The notes beneath the pieces are model-generated. The model searched no databases. It was not told the DNA's origin and saw only the letters and a program-made list of their open reading frames with translations. The position numbers and the translations under genes are program-made. A DNA stretch of 63,901 nucleotides, filler included, from Octopus bimaculoides (Eukaryota): NCBI RefSeq assembly GCF_001194135.2. It is 7 parts of 7 records of this genome, joined end to end, with 100 filler letters (N's around TTAATTAATTAA, not from the genome) between each part and the next. Parts side by side here need not be neighbours in the genome. Positions count along the whole stretch, not along the records: positions 35,807 to 44,248 come from NC_068990.1; positions 44,349 to 57,130 come from NW_026372024.1; 5 more parts are not named here. One strand, 5' to 3'. Numbering within the stretch: position 1 is the stretch's first letter; every line of letters starts with the position of its first letter. Positions 39,155 through 52,305 of the stretch are shown here, one piece after another.

Positions 39155-40472
39155 TATTATATTACCTTACTCAAAGAGCAGAGCTGAAAGAAGAAATAGT
39201 CATGGTTGGAATACTTTTGATTATGAGACTTACGCGATCAATGGAATCAGTAATATATGGCATACGATGATGAAATGGTCAACACAAAGAAAGAAAAAAT
39301 CCTCTTCAAGAAGATTTGAACGCATATCAGTTAAAAGTGAAGTTTAAGCACCGTATCCACTCCAGCACTTAGTCTTACCTTTAACAAAGAGAAATAAAAT
39401 GAAAAGTATACACTTTCTGAATGTGCGTTATTTTTTTCTTTTCCATTTAAGAAAAGGAAAACGAGACAGAAATCAGAAAATATATCAATAGGTATTGCGA
39501 TAATTTATATATATANNNNNNNNNNNNNNNNNNNNNNNNNNNNNNNNNNNNNNNNNNNNNNNNNNNNNNNNNNNNNNNNNNNNNNNNNNNNNNNNNNNNN
39601 NNNNNNNNNNNNNNNNNNNNNNNNNNNNNNNNNNNNNNNNNNNNNNNNNNNNNNNNNNNNNNNNNNNNNNNNNNNNNNNNNNNNNNNNNNNNNNNNNNNN
39701 NNNNNNNNNNNNNNNNNNNNNNNNNNNNNNNNNNNNNNNNNNNNNNNNNNNNNNNNNNNNNNNNNNNNNNNNNNNNNNNNNNNNNNNNNNNNNNNNNNNN
39801 NNNNNNNNNNNNNNNNNNNNNNNNNNNNNNNNNNNNNNNNNNNNNNNNNNNNNNNNNNNNNNNNNNNNNNNNNNNNNNNNNNNNNNNNNNNNNNNNNNNN
39901 NNNNNNNNNNNNNNNNNNNNNNNNNNNNNNNNNNNNNNNNNNNNNNNNNNNNNNNNNNNNNNNNNNNNNNNNNNNNNNNNNNNNNNNNNNNNNNNNNNNN
40001 NNNNNNNNNNNNNNNNNNNNNNNNNNNNNNNNNNNNNNNNNNNNNNNNNNNNNNNNNNNNNNNNNNNNNNNNNNNNNNNNNNNNNNNNNNNNNNNNNNNN
40101 NNNNNNNNNNNNNNNNNNNNNNNNNNNNNNNNNNNNNNNNNNNNNNNNNNNNNNNNNNNNNNNNNNNNNNNNNNNNNNNNNNNNNNNNNNNNNNNNNNNN
40201 NNNNNNNNNNNNNNNNNNNNNNNNNNNNNNNNNNNNNNNNNNNNNNNNNNNNNNNNNNNNNNNNNNNNNNNNNNNNNNNNNNNNNNNNNNNNNNNNNNNN
40301 NNNNNNNNNNNNNNNNNNNNNNNNNNNNNNNNNNNNNNNNNNNNNNNNNNNNNNNNNNNNNNNNNNNNNNNNNNNNNNNNNNNNNNNNNNNNNNNNNNNN
40401 NNNNNNNNNNNNNNNNNNNNNNNNNNNNNNNNNNNNNNNNNNNNNNNNNNNNNNNNNNNNNNNNNNNNNNNN

Positions 40473-40510
<38 letters not shown>

Positions 40511-40787
40511 GTATATATACATGCGTAGTATATAAAATGAATGTAAATGATAATATTTACTTTGTGGTTCCATTATAATTCATTTAGTGAAAGAAATAAC
40601 ATCACGAAAAAAAGACAAAGAACAAAAATAGCAGCATTGCCTCATTTAATTTTTCTCTGTACAGCTGTAATGGTTACATAGAAGAATCACAGATATTTCA
40701 AGTAAACATATACACATGCATACACATAAACAGGAATATTATTGCATCTAATCGTACATACATCATATATACATATACATAAACACA

Positions 40788-40849
<62 letters not shown>

Positions 40850-41541
40850 NNNNNNNNNNNNNNNNNNNNNNNNNNNNNNNNNNNNNNNNNNNNNNNNNNN
40901 NNNNNNNNNNNNNNNNNNNNNNNNNNNNNNNNNNNNNNNNNNNNNNNNNNNNNNNNNNNNNNNNNNNNNNNNNNNNNNNNNNNNNNNNNNNNNNNNNNNN
41001 NNNNNNNNNNNNNNNNNNNNNNNNNNNNNNNNNNNNNNNNNNNNNNNNNNNNNNNNNNNNNNNNNNNNNNNNNNNNNNNNNNNNNNNNNNNNNNNNNNNN
41101 NNNNNNNNNNNNNNNNNNNNNNNNNNNNNNNNNNNNNNNNNNNNNNNNNNNNNNNNNNNNNNNNNNNNNNNNNNNNNNNNNNNNNNNNNNNNNNNNNNNN
41201 NNNNNNNNNNNNNNNNNNNNNNNNNNNNNNNNNNNNNNNNNNNNNNNNNNNNNNNNNNNNNNNNNNNNNNNNNNNNNNNNNNNNNNNNNNNNNNNNNNNN
41301 NNNNNNNNNNNNNNNNNNNNNNNNNNNNNNNNNNNNNNNNNNNNNNNNNNNNNNNNNNNNNNNNNNNNNNNNNNNNNNNNNNNNNNNNNNNNNNNNNNNN
41401 NNNNNNNNNNNNNNNNNNNNNNNNNNNNNNNNNNNNNNNNNNNNNNNNNNNNNNNNNNNNNNNNNNNNNNNNNNNNNNNNNNNNNNNNNNNNNNNNNNNN
41501 NNNNNNNNNNNNNNNNNNNNNNNNNNNNNNNNNNNNNNNNN

Positions 41542-41573
<32 letters not shown>

Positions 41574-41994
41574 CATATATGTATGTATAAATGTGTGCGT
41601 GCATCTATGTATGTATATATCTATTTACAGTATTTCAATATTGAATTAGCACTGTAGCACATGAATATGGGCAGCTACTGTTAAATGATGGCTGATATTT
41701 CATTTGTGTTTCATTGTTTATGTAAAAGGCATTTCGAATGTATTTCTCTCTTAGTTTTTTACGTAAAAGTGGGTGCATGTTTGGAAGCCGTGATAAAGAG
41801 GTGGATAGAAAACAGCATATGTTAATTAATTACGCCTCTCTTCGAACTGAGTTCCTATCTTTGTTGCGCGCCTGATGAACTGTGTTTCCAACATAATGAA
41901 ATGTATTCTGTTTCTCTTCTATGATTAATCAAACGATACAAACAGCAACTTCTCCAGACGAAAATAGGAAACAGGGGTAGCTGAATGTTAAACG

Positions 41995-42676
41995 AAGCTG
42001 TGGGACTAATCATCGTACTTACTAAGGATATGAACTAGTCATCATACATACTAAGGAGATGGGCTGTGGGACTAGTCATCATGCATACTAAGGTGATGAA
42101 CTATGGTGAGATTATTTATAATACATACCAAAATGAACTGCCGTGTGACTAGTTATTATACATACTAAGAAGATGGAATGTGGGACTAGTTATCATACGT
42201 ACTAAGAAGAACTTTGGGTCTACTTATCATAATACTAGGGATATGAACTGTGGTGGGACTAGTTACCATACATACGAAGGAGATTAACAGTCGGACTAAT
42301 TATCATACATATTAAGGAAATGAACTCTGGTTGGACTAATTATCATACGTACCAAGTAGAGGAACTCTGGGAGATGAAGAGCGGCACTAGTTAAGATACC
42401 TACTAAGAAGTGGAACTCTGAGACTAGTTACCATACATTCTAAGGAGATGAACTGTGGGACTAGTTATAATACATAATAAGGAGGTGAATTCTGGGACTA
42501 GTGATAATACATACTAAGGAAATGAACAATGGGACAAGTTATTATTCATACTAAGGAGATTAACTGCGGGACTAGTTATAATATATACTTAGGAGATGAA
42601 CTGTGAGACTAGTTATCACTCATACGAAGGAGATGAACTTTTTGGACTAGTTATGATATATACTAAGGAAATGAAC
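41995..42676 (+). repeat. Degenerate 37-bp minisatellite, ~18 units
   Basis: Consensus gtgggactagttatcatacatactaaggagatgaact. Confidence 0.92.
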
Positions 42677-44147
42677 ACACGTATATATACACACATCATC
42701 TAAGCGCCGGATGGCAGTGTACGGCGTATTTGAGGAAACGAATGATAGACTATGAGCTAATTCACACACTCGCACACACTCACACACACTCGCAAAGTTA
42801 GACATGTACATATATGTACATACACATAACTTAGTGAGAAGAACAGAAAGTCTTGATTATAGAAAACAAAATGAAGACAAAATGAGTTTTGCTCTGGTGG
42901 CCAGTTATTGTCAGAGAGATAATCATTTCTAGATGACCTTTGACGGCATTAGAAACTTGCTTAATCACTACAATTGTCTTATTATTTCTTTAACCTTAGA
43001 AAGGCAAACTCCAACGAGGCTGACTTTGCTTTTATTCGTTCGGGTTCAATAAAATCCGTGTCAAATGAGCAATGTTGGTCAGTGGAGTCCAGCTACTCTA
43101 TCTTCCGAAATTACTGGAGCTGTGCCAATATTTGAAACCAATATTTCTAGCGTTACATAATCACGTATAGTGCCTTTTCATTCGTTTTAGAAATCGTCAG
43201 CATATCTTCAACAAAAACAAATAACTTAAACTGAATTAAATATTTGTCGAACCAAGATATTTCTTATAGATACGAAAATACATATAAGTTAGAAGATATT
43301 TATAGAATGTCTATTTTGCTTTTCTTTTTCTGATTTTTCTTCGTAGATCGTTTGTAGGTTTGCAAATAAGACAGAAGTGAAAGTCTCTAATTAGAGAGTG
43401 TTTTAATCTGTGAACTTGTTCTTATATTTACTATTAAAGTCTCCACTAGGAACAAAATTCCGAAGATGTTTTCGATATCATCTTTCCGGACGTAGGTAAT
43501 ACTTTCAAGCAGATATTCCAGTGTCTTATCTTTCGTTTTGTATTAGAAGGCATATCTTTTTCGTATACATATTGCCTCTAGCATTCGTCAACAGCGGGTT
43601 AGAGAGTTTTCGAACAACTGGCCTCCAGGACGCATGTGGATACACAGGTGGCCACATATTGTAAGAGAGATTATAATTACCCTTTCGCTCACACTGCCCA
43701 CTATTGTGTACTTCGACGCCTTGCAAACATTATTGTCAATTACATAGAAAAAAGGTATAAAATGCGCATTTGTTTAGATTAAGAGCACAGACGTAAATAT
43801 ATTCCCACGATTCTCACACGGACAGACACATAGAGTCACACTGGCTTCTGTGATCTCTTGTAACGCACATATATAGCCATAATTGCCGTTTGTATTCGGT
43901 GACATCTTGATAGACAACATTGCCAAAAGGAATATATTTAATTCCATATATTCGAAATACAATACCTAGTACAAGTTCGTATATTCGCTTCTTCTATTCT
44001 CATCCTGAACTTGACCATATAGAATCTAAAATCTATAGGTGAAATGAAAATTATTTATTCTTCTCCCAGTCATATAATCCCATCGAAATATCTGTTGCCC
44101 ACTCAGTCTCTCAGCTTCTCTCTCCTTCTATATATAGATATGCATCT

Positions 44148-44248
<101 letters not shown>

Positions 44249-44789
44249 NNNNNNNNNNNNNNNNNNNNNNNNNNNNNNNNNNNNNNNNNNNNTTAATTAA
44301 TTAANNNNNNNNNNNNNNNNNNNNNNNNNNNNNNNNNNNNNNNNNNNNTACATATATACATATGTATATACATACATATATACATATGTATATACATATT
44401 TTTTTTTTTAAAGTTTCAGCCTAGAGCTGTGGCCATGCACATATACACTTTTTACATATCTGCTTGAAAAAAAAATTTTTTAATAGATAATATACTATGA
44501 TAAAGTTAAATAAAATATAATACACAGACATAAGTAAAATACAATATACCCACATATACCTGTTTATATATGGACACATACAAAGGTAATGTATATAGTT
44601 TGATGTGTGTGTGTGTGTGTGTGTGCGATAGTCAGACAGATAGATAAATCAATAGATAAAGAGAGAAAGAGAGAGATTCTTCTTACAAGCATTTAACTAT
44701 TTTTAAAACTTTCAGAGATAGATACATACAATATGACAAAGAAAATTTAAAGCAGGTTGAATCAATAAAGTTTCAAACATTAATGACTT

Positions 44790-45190
44790 TTACAAAACTG
44801 TGAAAATGAGCATTTTAGCCTGTGGTTGCATCTAATAACTCTTTTGGAGTACCTATTCACAAGTTTATCTGTACACATTAAAACGCATAGTGCTTCCTGA
44901 GAACAGATATTGCAAGATCTCAACAACTCGTCAAATGGATATTCATTTTTTATTACTGTCCATGTGATACTGTATTGCACTTTTCCTTCCTTAAGTTTCC
45001 AGACCCAGTCAGCAAGTGATGTGCAGCATCTCATTAATGCTTTTAAAACAGTGTAATGTGACTCTGATATCGATGTTTGAAGCAAATGGTGATTGCACCA
45101 ATAATACATCTGATAGAGTACTAACTATACATTTGTATATTACATTCTTGCAAAGGTATTCATTTCCCAGAGGACATGCATTCCTATCCT
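44790..45190 (-). mobile_element. Penelope-like element GIY-YIG endonuclease relic
   Basis: Frameshifted remnants CPLGNEYLCKNVIYKCIV and LADWVWKLKEGKVQYSITWTVIK...SCNICSQEALCVL...LVNRYSKRVIRCNHRLK, a typical PLE C-terminal pattern. Confidence 0.75.
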
Positions 45191-45934
45191 TACAACTTCA
45201 ATGCTTGACCACAGTTTTCTATTTGGTCACAGCCATTCTTTCTTCCATTTCTAACTTTTCCTATACTGTTTTTATTGTTATTATTAGTGCTCTTGATATA
45301 ACTTTCATTATTATTTCGGTATTTTGTATTTTGATTAGAATTTAATTTTGTTTGTCGCTATATCTGTGTTTAGTTTTGTTTGTACACTGCCGAAAATGAC
45401 ACTACTTTTGATATGCATTCTCACACTGTGTCAAATGACAGTAGGATCTAACCTGAGGAGGCACACTGGATGGATGATAATGATTATACATCTCACCAAT
45501 GTACTACAGGTGTAAAAAATGTGTCAAAACAATTGTGGAGATTTTAAATAAAAATGTTATTCATTTAATTTTCTATCATTTACCTACCTATCTGTACATG
45601 TATATATCGTCAGTAGTTCATATATACAAAAAAGAAGCACTCTAAAACACGAGAGCAGTGATATATTTTTTAGGAAGTTAAATGTTATGGTGAGTCATAG
45701 TGACCAATGACTGGCCATAACTTTTAACTTGCTAAATGTTATAAAGTTCAAATTTACAGAAAACAAAAGACGAAGACAGGTGAAGGAACAACAAGCAGGT
45801 GTATTAATTTAATGTTTGGGAAGAATGGAAAAGTCTTCGACGTTTCGAGCCTACGCTCTTCAACAGAAAGGATTAAGAAGGGGAAAAAACGGATGGAGAT
45901 AGATAGATAGATAGATAGATATCCCTGTATTGTT

Positions 45935-46392
45935 AAGAGGCTCGCTTTGCAACCACGTGGTTTTGGGTTCAGTGGCACTGCGTGACACCTTCAGCAAGTG
46001 TCCTCTATTACACTATTATAGCTCCAGGCTAACCAATGCCTTGTGGATGTATTTGGTAGAGGGAAACTATGAGGAAGTCCGTTGGGTTAAACTAAAGCGT
46101 TTGACCCGAGCACAAAAACAAAAGAAAAATAGTGTAATAGATGTAAAACAACTTGCTCTGAACACTATTTTTCTTTTTGTTTTTGTGCTTGGGTCAAACG
46201 CTTTAGTTAAACCGTCCGTTGTATATGTGTGACAACCGGTGTTGGTTTATTTACGTCTCTGTAACTTAGCAGTTTGGGGGGGGGGAAGCGATAGAATAAG
46301 TAGCAGACTTTTAAAAAATTAAATACTGAGATCGATTTGTTCGATTAAACCTTTCAAAGCAGAGTCCCAGCATGGCCGCAGTCTAATGACTC
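45935..46392 (+). mobile_element. SINE family A
   Basis: Head ...gcaaccacgtggttttgggttcagtggcactgc; tail cagcatggccgcagtctaatgac. Confidence 0.7.
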
Positions 46393-47550
46393 ACACATAC
46401 ACACACACATATATATATTGCATACACGTGTGTGATCGAAGGGACTGGCATTGTTTTAGCCTTGTCACAAAAATTCAGTTTTGAGAATTGATTACGTTAA
46501 TAGCACAACTGGAATACTCAGTAACTTAGATTATTGAGTAGGTAGTTCTACTACTGGAACACACCAACCAGCGTCCGTCACACTGCACAGACAAACATGC
46601 ACACACACAAAAACAGAGATACATATACACACACGCACATGGTTTTCTGAATTCTGGTAGCAATTTCCAATTATCTTTTAACTGAGAATGACAGAATATG
46701 TATTTGTGTGTTATTATGTCTTGAGTATCTAACTGCTCAAAAATATTAAACAGAACGATCTATTACAAAAGTACGCGATAAAAAGAGAGAAGTAATATTA
46801 CAATGTTAAGTCTATCCCAGCATGTTTGTGACAGGAAAAATGGAAAGCCAAAATAAAAACAGGTTGTTCAGAGGGAAACTGGTGTCGACGAGTAGCTTAT
46901 TAGAGGCTGCAGGCAAAGGTATAAGGGATTCCTATTTCGTTGTAGCTGACAACAGTCTACGGGGAGGGGCAGCAATCAAGATCGATAGTTTGACTCAAGT
47001 TGTTCGTAGCAGTTGTTGATAGGATACGATGGGAGGCAGAGTATTCTTTATCGATTTTCAGTTTGCTAAACATGGCATTGGAGTTGTGACTAGACGTATT
47101 CGAACACTAACTAAAGTGATTAAAATTATATACACACGCACATATACATACGTGCACGTAAGGAAATACAAATAGAAATAATTAACAAATCCCGCATTGA
47201 AGTGCTTCTAGCAAGGCTTTGAAGAAAACACTTATACATACAAATAAGTATAGTATTAATAAACAAGAGACGAAGATATTAGTTGAGGACAAACAGACTG
47301 TCTTACTACACTCACGCCATTGGTATATATATAAATCGATTATCAGAGAAAACATTAAACCAAACTCCCATTTTACCCCAACAACCTCTCTCTCCAGAGA
47401 CCAAACCATACTGTTACATATCAATTACATTAATAAAATAATACAATACAAACAATACAATACAGTTGTATTCTAAACATATTCGAATTGTAGGTTTCAG
47501 TACTTAACACGAATCTTTTCATATATCAAAGCACAATAACACACACACAC

Positions 47551-47591
<41 letters not shown>

Positions 47592-48113
47592 CTCAACTAA
47601 GCAATGTTTAATACAAGAAATACTTAACAGAATCGAAAATGGCGCGCCATGTTGTCATTTACTGTAGGGGGTTCGATGCACATGGTTTCCTCAAGACACA
47701 TGTTTTCCTCTTGAATGATGTGCAGTTGAATTGCCTGAAGTTGTTGATTATTTTAAGCTTCGCTACTGTTGCTTTTATTGCAATATAGCCCTACTTACTT
47801 AAAATCCGTACTTACTATCGTACTTTATATTAATTCAATTGGATGTTTTTGTCGTTTTAAATCGACTATATTATTGTACATACACCTCTACATGCACCTC
47901 ACAGTCGTTTTCATTGATTTTAATTAGCAATTAATAAAAGTACCTCTTCGACTTTAATCATATTCTATAGAGAAAATTAATAAACATGTGGTATTATTGA
48001 ATTATTATCTATTTAAAGCATTAGTAATTCATGAATGAATTAAAAACAATGAACATAAATGTGCGAAATAAACATAGATATTATCAGTTGCTTATAAAAG
48101 ATAAAGATATTAC

Positions 48114-48219
48114 CTCGTTGGCATCGGAAGGTAGGTTAGCTACGAATACGTCGTAGGTAATCGTATGTCCAGGAGAGATTTTGTTGAGTGCTGACGACGA
48201 AGACATTATGATAATCACT
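48114..48219 (-). CDS. Probable first or early coding exon of an RRM-containing RNA-binding protein (ATG at 48206)
   Basis: Acceptor ttttggttag|, ATG at 48206, MSSSSALNKISPGHTITYDVFVANLPSDANE, phase-0 donor GAG|gtaata. VFVANLP resembles the RNP-2 motif. Downstream exons were not identified. Confidence 0.5.
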
Positions 48220-49930
48220 CTAACCAAAATGAGATTACGGTAACATAAAGAAAACTAGCGAGAAAGAGAGAGACAGAAAGAAAGAAGCAGTAGCAAGCAT
48301 CAGGCTGTGGTGGTAAGTGATAAATGTTTTAAATGGCCTCTGCTCTTGCAAGGGGCCGCTACTCTCAATTTAAAACAAACCTGAAATACTTGGAGCACCT
48401 GTCAAGGGTGACGAGATGATACTGGCGTCTGCTTCTCATCGTCAAAGTTGGTCTTTAAACCTTTTTATTGTTTCCAATAGGAATTTTCTTTCAGTCCTAT
48501 TTTCATATATGATCTGCAACTTCAGATAAATATCGTCACCAAAATTTTACATAAAATCTAACGTAGAAAGAATATAATAGACATATTTTCATGTAGAATT
48601 ATTTTTTGAAGACTGTTCCGATCTTCAAAAAAAAAACCGCTGAATGAAACCACAAGGCTTAAGTTTCAGCGTTTTTGCTATTTTTGATAAGTTGAAAATA
48701 TAACATCATTGACAGCAATGACAAAAATGTAAAAGTATAATGTTTACAAAATATTAATGATTATATTTAATTTGTAACATTTGCTTGTTGTTTAGTGATT
48801 TTTTATAGGGACACATTTTGCAAGGCAATGCTAAATCAATTCATTTGATATATGGTTGATACTTATCGACCGCGAACGAGAAGGCAGTCGACACTCGGCG
48901 ACGTTTGAACTGAGAACTGTGGTCAAAACTAAATGCTGTAAAACATTTAATCCGAAACTCTGCCATTTTTGCCAAATCACAATTCTTTCTTTGATTATTA
49001 ATGCTTAAAAGAAAAAAAGAACTAGAATGTTTAAATATTTTGGTTTTGAAATATTTCTATTACGGTTTTGTTTTGTCTTTTTATACTGAGATAAGGGACA
49101 AACAGCACGATGTTTTTTCTCTACTTCTTACACAATGCAATCGTGGGATAAGAAAGAGTTTCCTAGGATATAACGATGGCAAGGAATAGTGGAATAAAGT
49201 GTTGTGTATATGGGAATGAGATACAATAGTAGTTATAAAAGGTAAAGACGCGAGAACATCGAGTGTCTACACATGTTAATCGACAGAAGAGGCAAACTAG
49301 AGATATTGGTGTAGCCTTTGCATTGTCTGAAAATTTGGACGGGGAGAAAGGGAACAGTACGGTTTCTGTGAATTCCGCTGAAGGCACCCAAGGAGGCGGT
49401 GGGGCTATTAAACCGAATGCTATGTTAGGCCTACCACAGTAGGCATTTTTGTTTTTTTTGTTTTATATCATTTGTTTAGATAGCATAAATAGAAACAACG
49501 GTGTAAATAAAAAACGCTTTAATGATGAAATACTTGTTGAAAAAGGTTATTAATAATAACGTTTCATTGTGGTTTACTCCTAGCATGCATCTTCGTAGAT
49601 AAGCTTATGGAAAATTTCATTATAAAGACATGCATATAGATATTTTCATTTTAGGTCATCTGTGGGATACACCTTTTTAGAAATATATACAGACATACAT
49701 AAAGTTATATTCGCCTAGTTAAAATGACATTGAGTGCCTAGCTACATATTTTCCCGCCAAAATATTGGTGTTCTGCCCAAACTGAATTACACAGTATGCT
49801 GTACGCTGTCCTATTCTGTCTTGTACAACTAACATGTATTTCAAAGGAATTTCACCTAAACTTTTCCAATAAAGGAATATTCACAAATAAGCTGAGGTTT
49901 GATTTTAGTGTGTTTTCTGTTTCAAGCATT

Positions 49931-51039
49931 TGTAGTGAAACTAACCAGCCCATTAGATACAAAACTGCTATCGCCATTCTTCTCATTTAAATATAAACAA
50001 ACGCGGGCGTAGCGGAGAACCCATTCCTTGTCATCACGTGACTGATTAATATTCGAAGCGGCAACTTCTTCGAACCGTTCCCGCCAGAACGCAAACTGAC
50101 CAATCACAGCCCTTAATAAGGTCACGTGATAGTGTTTTTCTGTTACCGTCTTGGAGCCGATAATTCGATATAAATAGAGCAACTCATACCCACCAAATTC
50201 GTCTCGGTCCAGTTTCTCTATAGAGACTGTGCCGTGTACCACACGACAGCAGCAGCAACAATCAGCCAGCGACCACTTCAACAGCTTCGTCCAGCCAACG
50301 ATGACCACCGCCGTCGCCACATCAGCAACACGAGTCTACGACTACTAACCAGCATCATCGTCATGACCAACACGATTCTACGATTACTACTAACCAGCAT
50401 CAATCTCCACCAGCGTCTACACGACTTTCTATGTACACCAAACCAAACCACCGCGGCACATCTCTCTCTTCGATTCTGTTAGGTGACTTAGCTTCACCAC
50501 GATAAATAAACAGACAAGAGATCTCAGCCAGCGACGAACATCTGTATAACAAGAATCACGGCCCGGCATCGATGCCACAACATCACAACTAGTGATCAGC
50601 TCTGCCACACACAGCCTCCCCTCCTTTCACATACAGACTCATACTAATGTGTACCCAAGAACTGGTATAAATGCTCACGTGTTATTGACTCTCTTTTTAT
50701 CTGCTGTAATAACTCACATACACATACATGTATCACTCACATACATACTTTTCTTTGTACGACGGCCTGTCTTTGATTATGTTCTTATATGTCGCATTCA
50801 CACTCACACACAGACATACATCTTTAACGCCATAATAAATACTTCTGTTATTCATCTCATACGGTTGTGGTCTTTCATTACTGGTCATCTATGTTATCGT
50901 CGTATAACATATCATGTATATCATCATTGATATATATTATTTTGTGTTCGACCGTGTGACACGTTTAAATAAAAGGAGTCCTCTGTTTTTCCATTCGTCA
51001 CCATTTCTCCTTTTTGAGTTCGCACGGTCGTTTCTTACA
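49931..51039 (+). mobile_element. Solo LTR (probably Gypsy/Ty3-type)
   Basis: Starts TGTAGTGAAAC and ends GTTTCTTACA (TG...CA, imperfect inverted termini). 4-bp TSD catt at 49927-49930 and 51040-51043. CCAAT at ~50100, TATAAA at 50169, AATAAA at 50968. No internal gag/pol. Confidence 0.8.
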
Positions 51040-51639
51040 CATTTTTACTGTGCCCCTAGGTTCAAACATTGGCATTTCTATACCATCGCATAATATTATT
51101 AAGCTTCAAGTTCGAAGTCACTGTCATCCTTTTCCTTATAAAAATAATATGCACAACATATGTTTAAGGTTTGACCTACTTCCTAACCGAACCTTATATA
51201 ACCGAATGAAGGGTTCGTTTCCATCTTCATTTTTCAGCCAGCTAACCGAGAACATCCTTCGGCCGAATGGAAAAGGACAACGCAAATTTTACCATTTCCT
51301 CCTCTCTGACAGCTGACCGTTAACTTGGCTTCCACACACAGCTTCCAATATACACTACGAGCGCGCGAGCAACACACATTGTTGACATTGTCACTTATAC
51401 GATTACTACTAAGTTTGTGTTACTGACCACTACATGCAAATAAAATCTGTGAATATTATTCTTTTCTCTTCGATGTTGCTAGTACGCTATCTCATCCGAC
51501 TTTCGGCTATCTACACACAGCGACCCCGACGCAGAATAAGAATCTCTATTTTTACATCAAGTAATTTCTCTTATTCGTATGCTACAATTGGTAGCTTCGA
51601 CGTAAGAACCACATCCGTACGTTACATAAATGAAAAAAT

Positions 51640-52305
51640 GCATTAAATACTACAAAACGTACACGTAAGACAGACACCAGAACCCTAATATTTCATCAGT
51701 TATCGACCGAAAAATACTAATACCTAGTTTCATGCCTTTAACAATAAGACTAAGGACTTCGTATATCGGCGGCACCCGCAAGATTTGTGAAGTATTAGGG
51801 TTCGAGCAATCAAAATAATACAGAGTGGACGTACAAAAGTAAACAATAGTAATTTGAAACGAAAGACGAAGACACAGAACAGAATTGAGAAGATAAAAAA
51901 GGTTGACCAGCATGCTAGGCGTACAGTGACAAAAAGGCAGACGATAGAAAAACAGTCAGTGGTCACGTGTGGGTAGCAGATAGAAGGGAAGGAGGGAGAA
52001 AGAGTGGCAGAAAGAGAGAGAGAGAGAACAGGGAAAGGAAGGGAGAAAGTCTACAATTAAATGTAAGAAGACGAGAGAGAGGAAGTAGAGTTGCTAGAAA
52101 AGGAATATTAGGACGAGAGAGAAAGAAGGAAAGAGTCACAAAAAATGTATACAAACTTACTGTTAACAAAAGTTGGGATGCGTGGCGTCCAGTTATTCCA
52201 TGAATGAAAAATACATTAAATATTACAAAACGTACACGTAGGACAGACACCAGAACCCTAATACTTCATCAGTTATCGACCGAAAAATATTAATACCTAA
52301 GCTTT
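51640..52305. repeat. ~100-bp direct repeats (51640-51735, 52210-52305) plus a short inverted copy (~51790-51803); related sequence at 7975-8090
   Basis: cattaaata.tacaaaacgtacacgta.gacagacaccagaaccctaata.ttcatcagttatcgaccgaaaaata occurs twice. Confidence 0.8.

Noticed and set aside
41995-42676. CRISPR-like appearance of the 37-bp array
   Set aside because: Units are contiguous with no unique spacers, there are no cas genes, and the context is eukaryotic.
43400-43730. Protein-like fragments (RMLEAICIRK; DKTLEYLLESITYVRKDDIENIFG)
   Set aside because: They are interrupted by stops, lack good splice sites and cannot be assigned to a family; probably an old retroelement relic.
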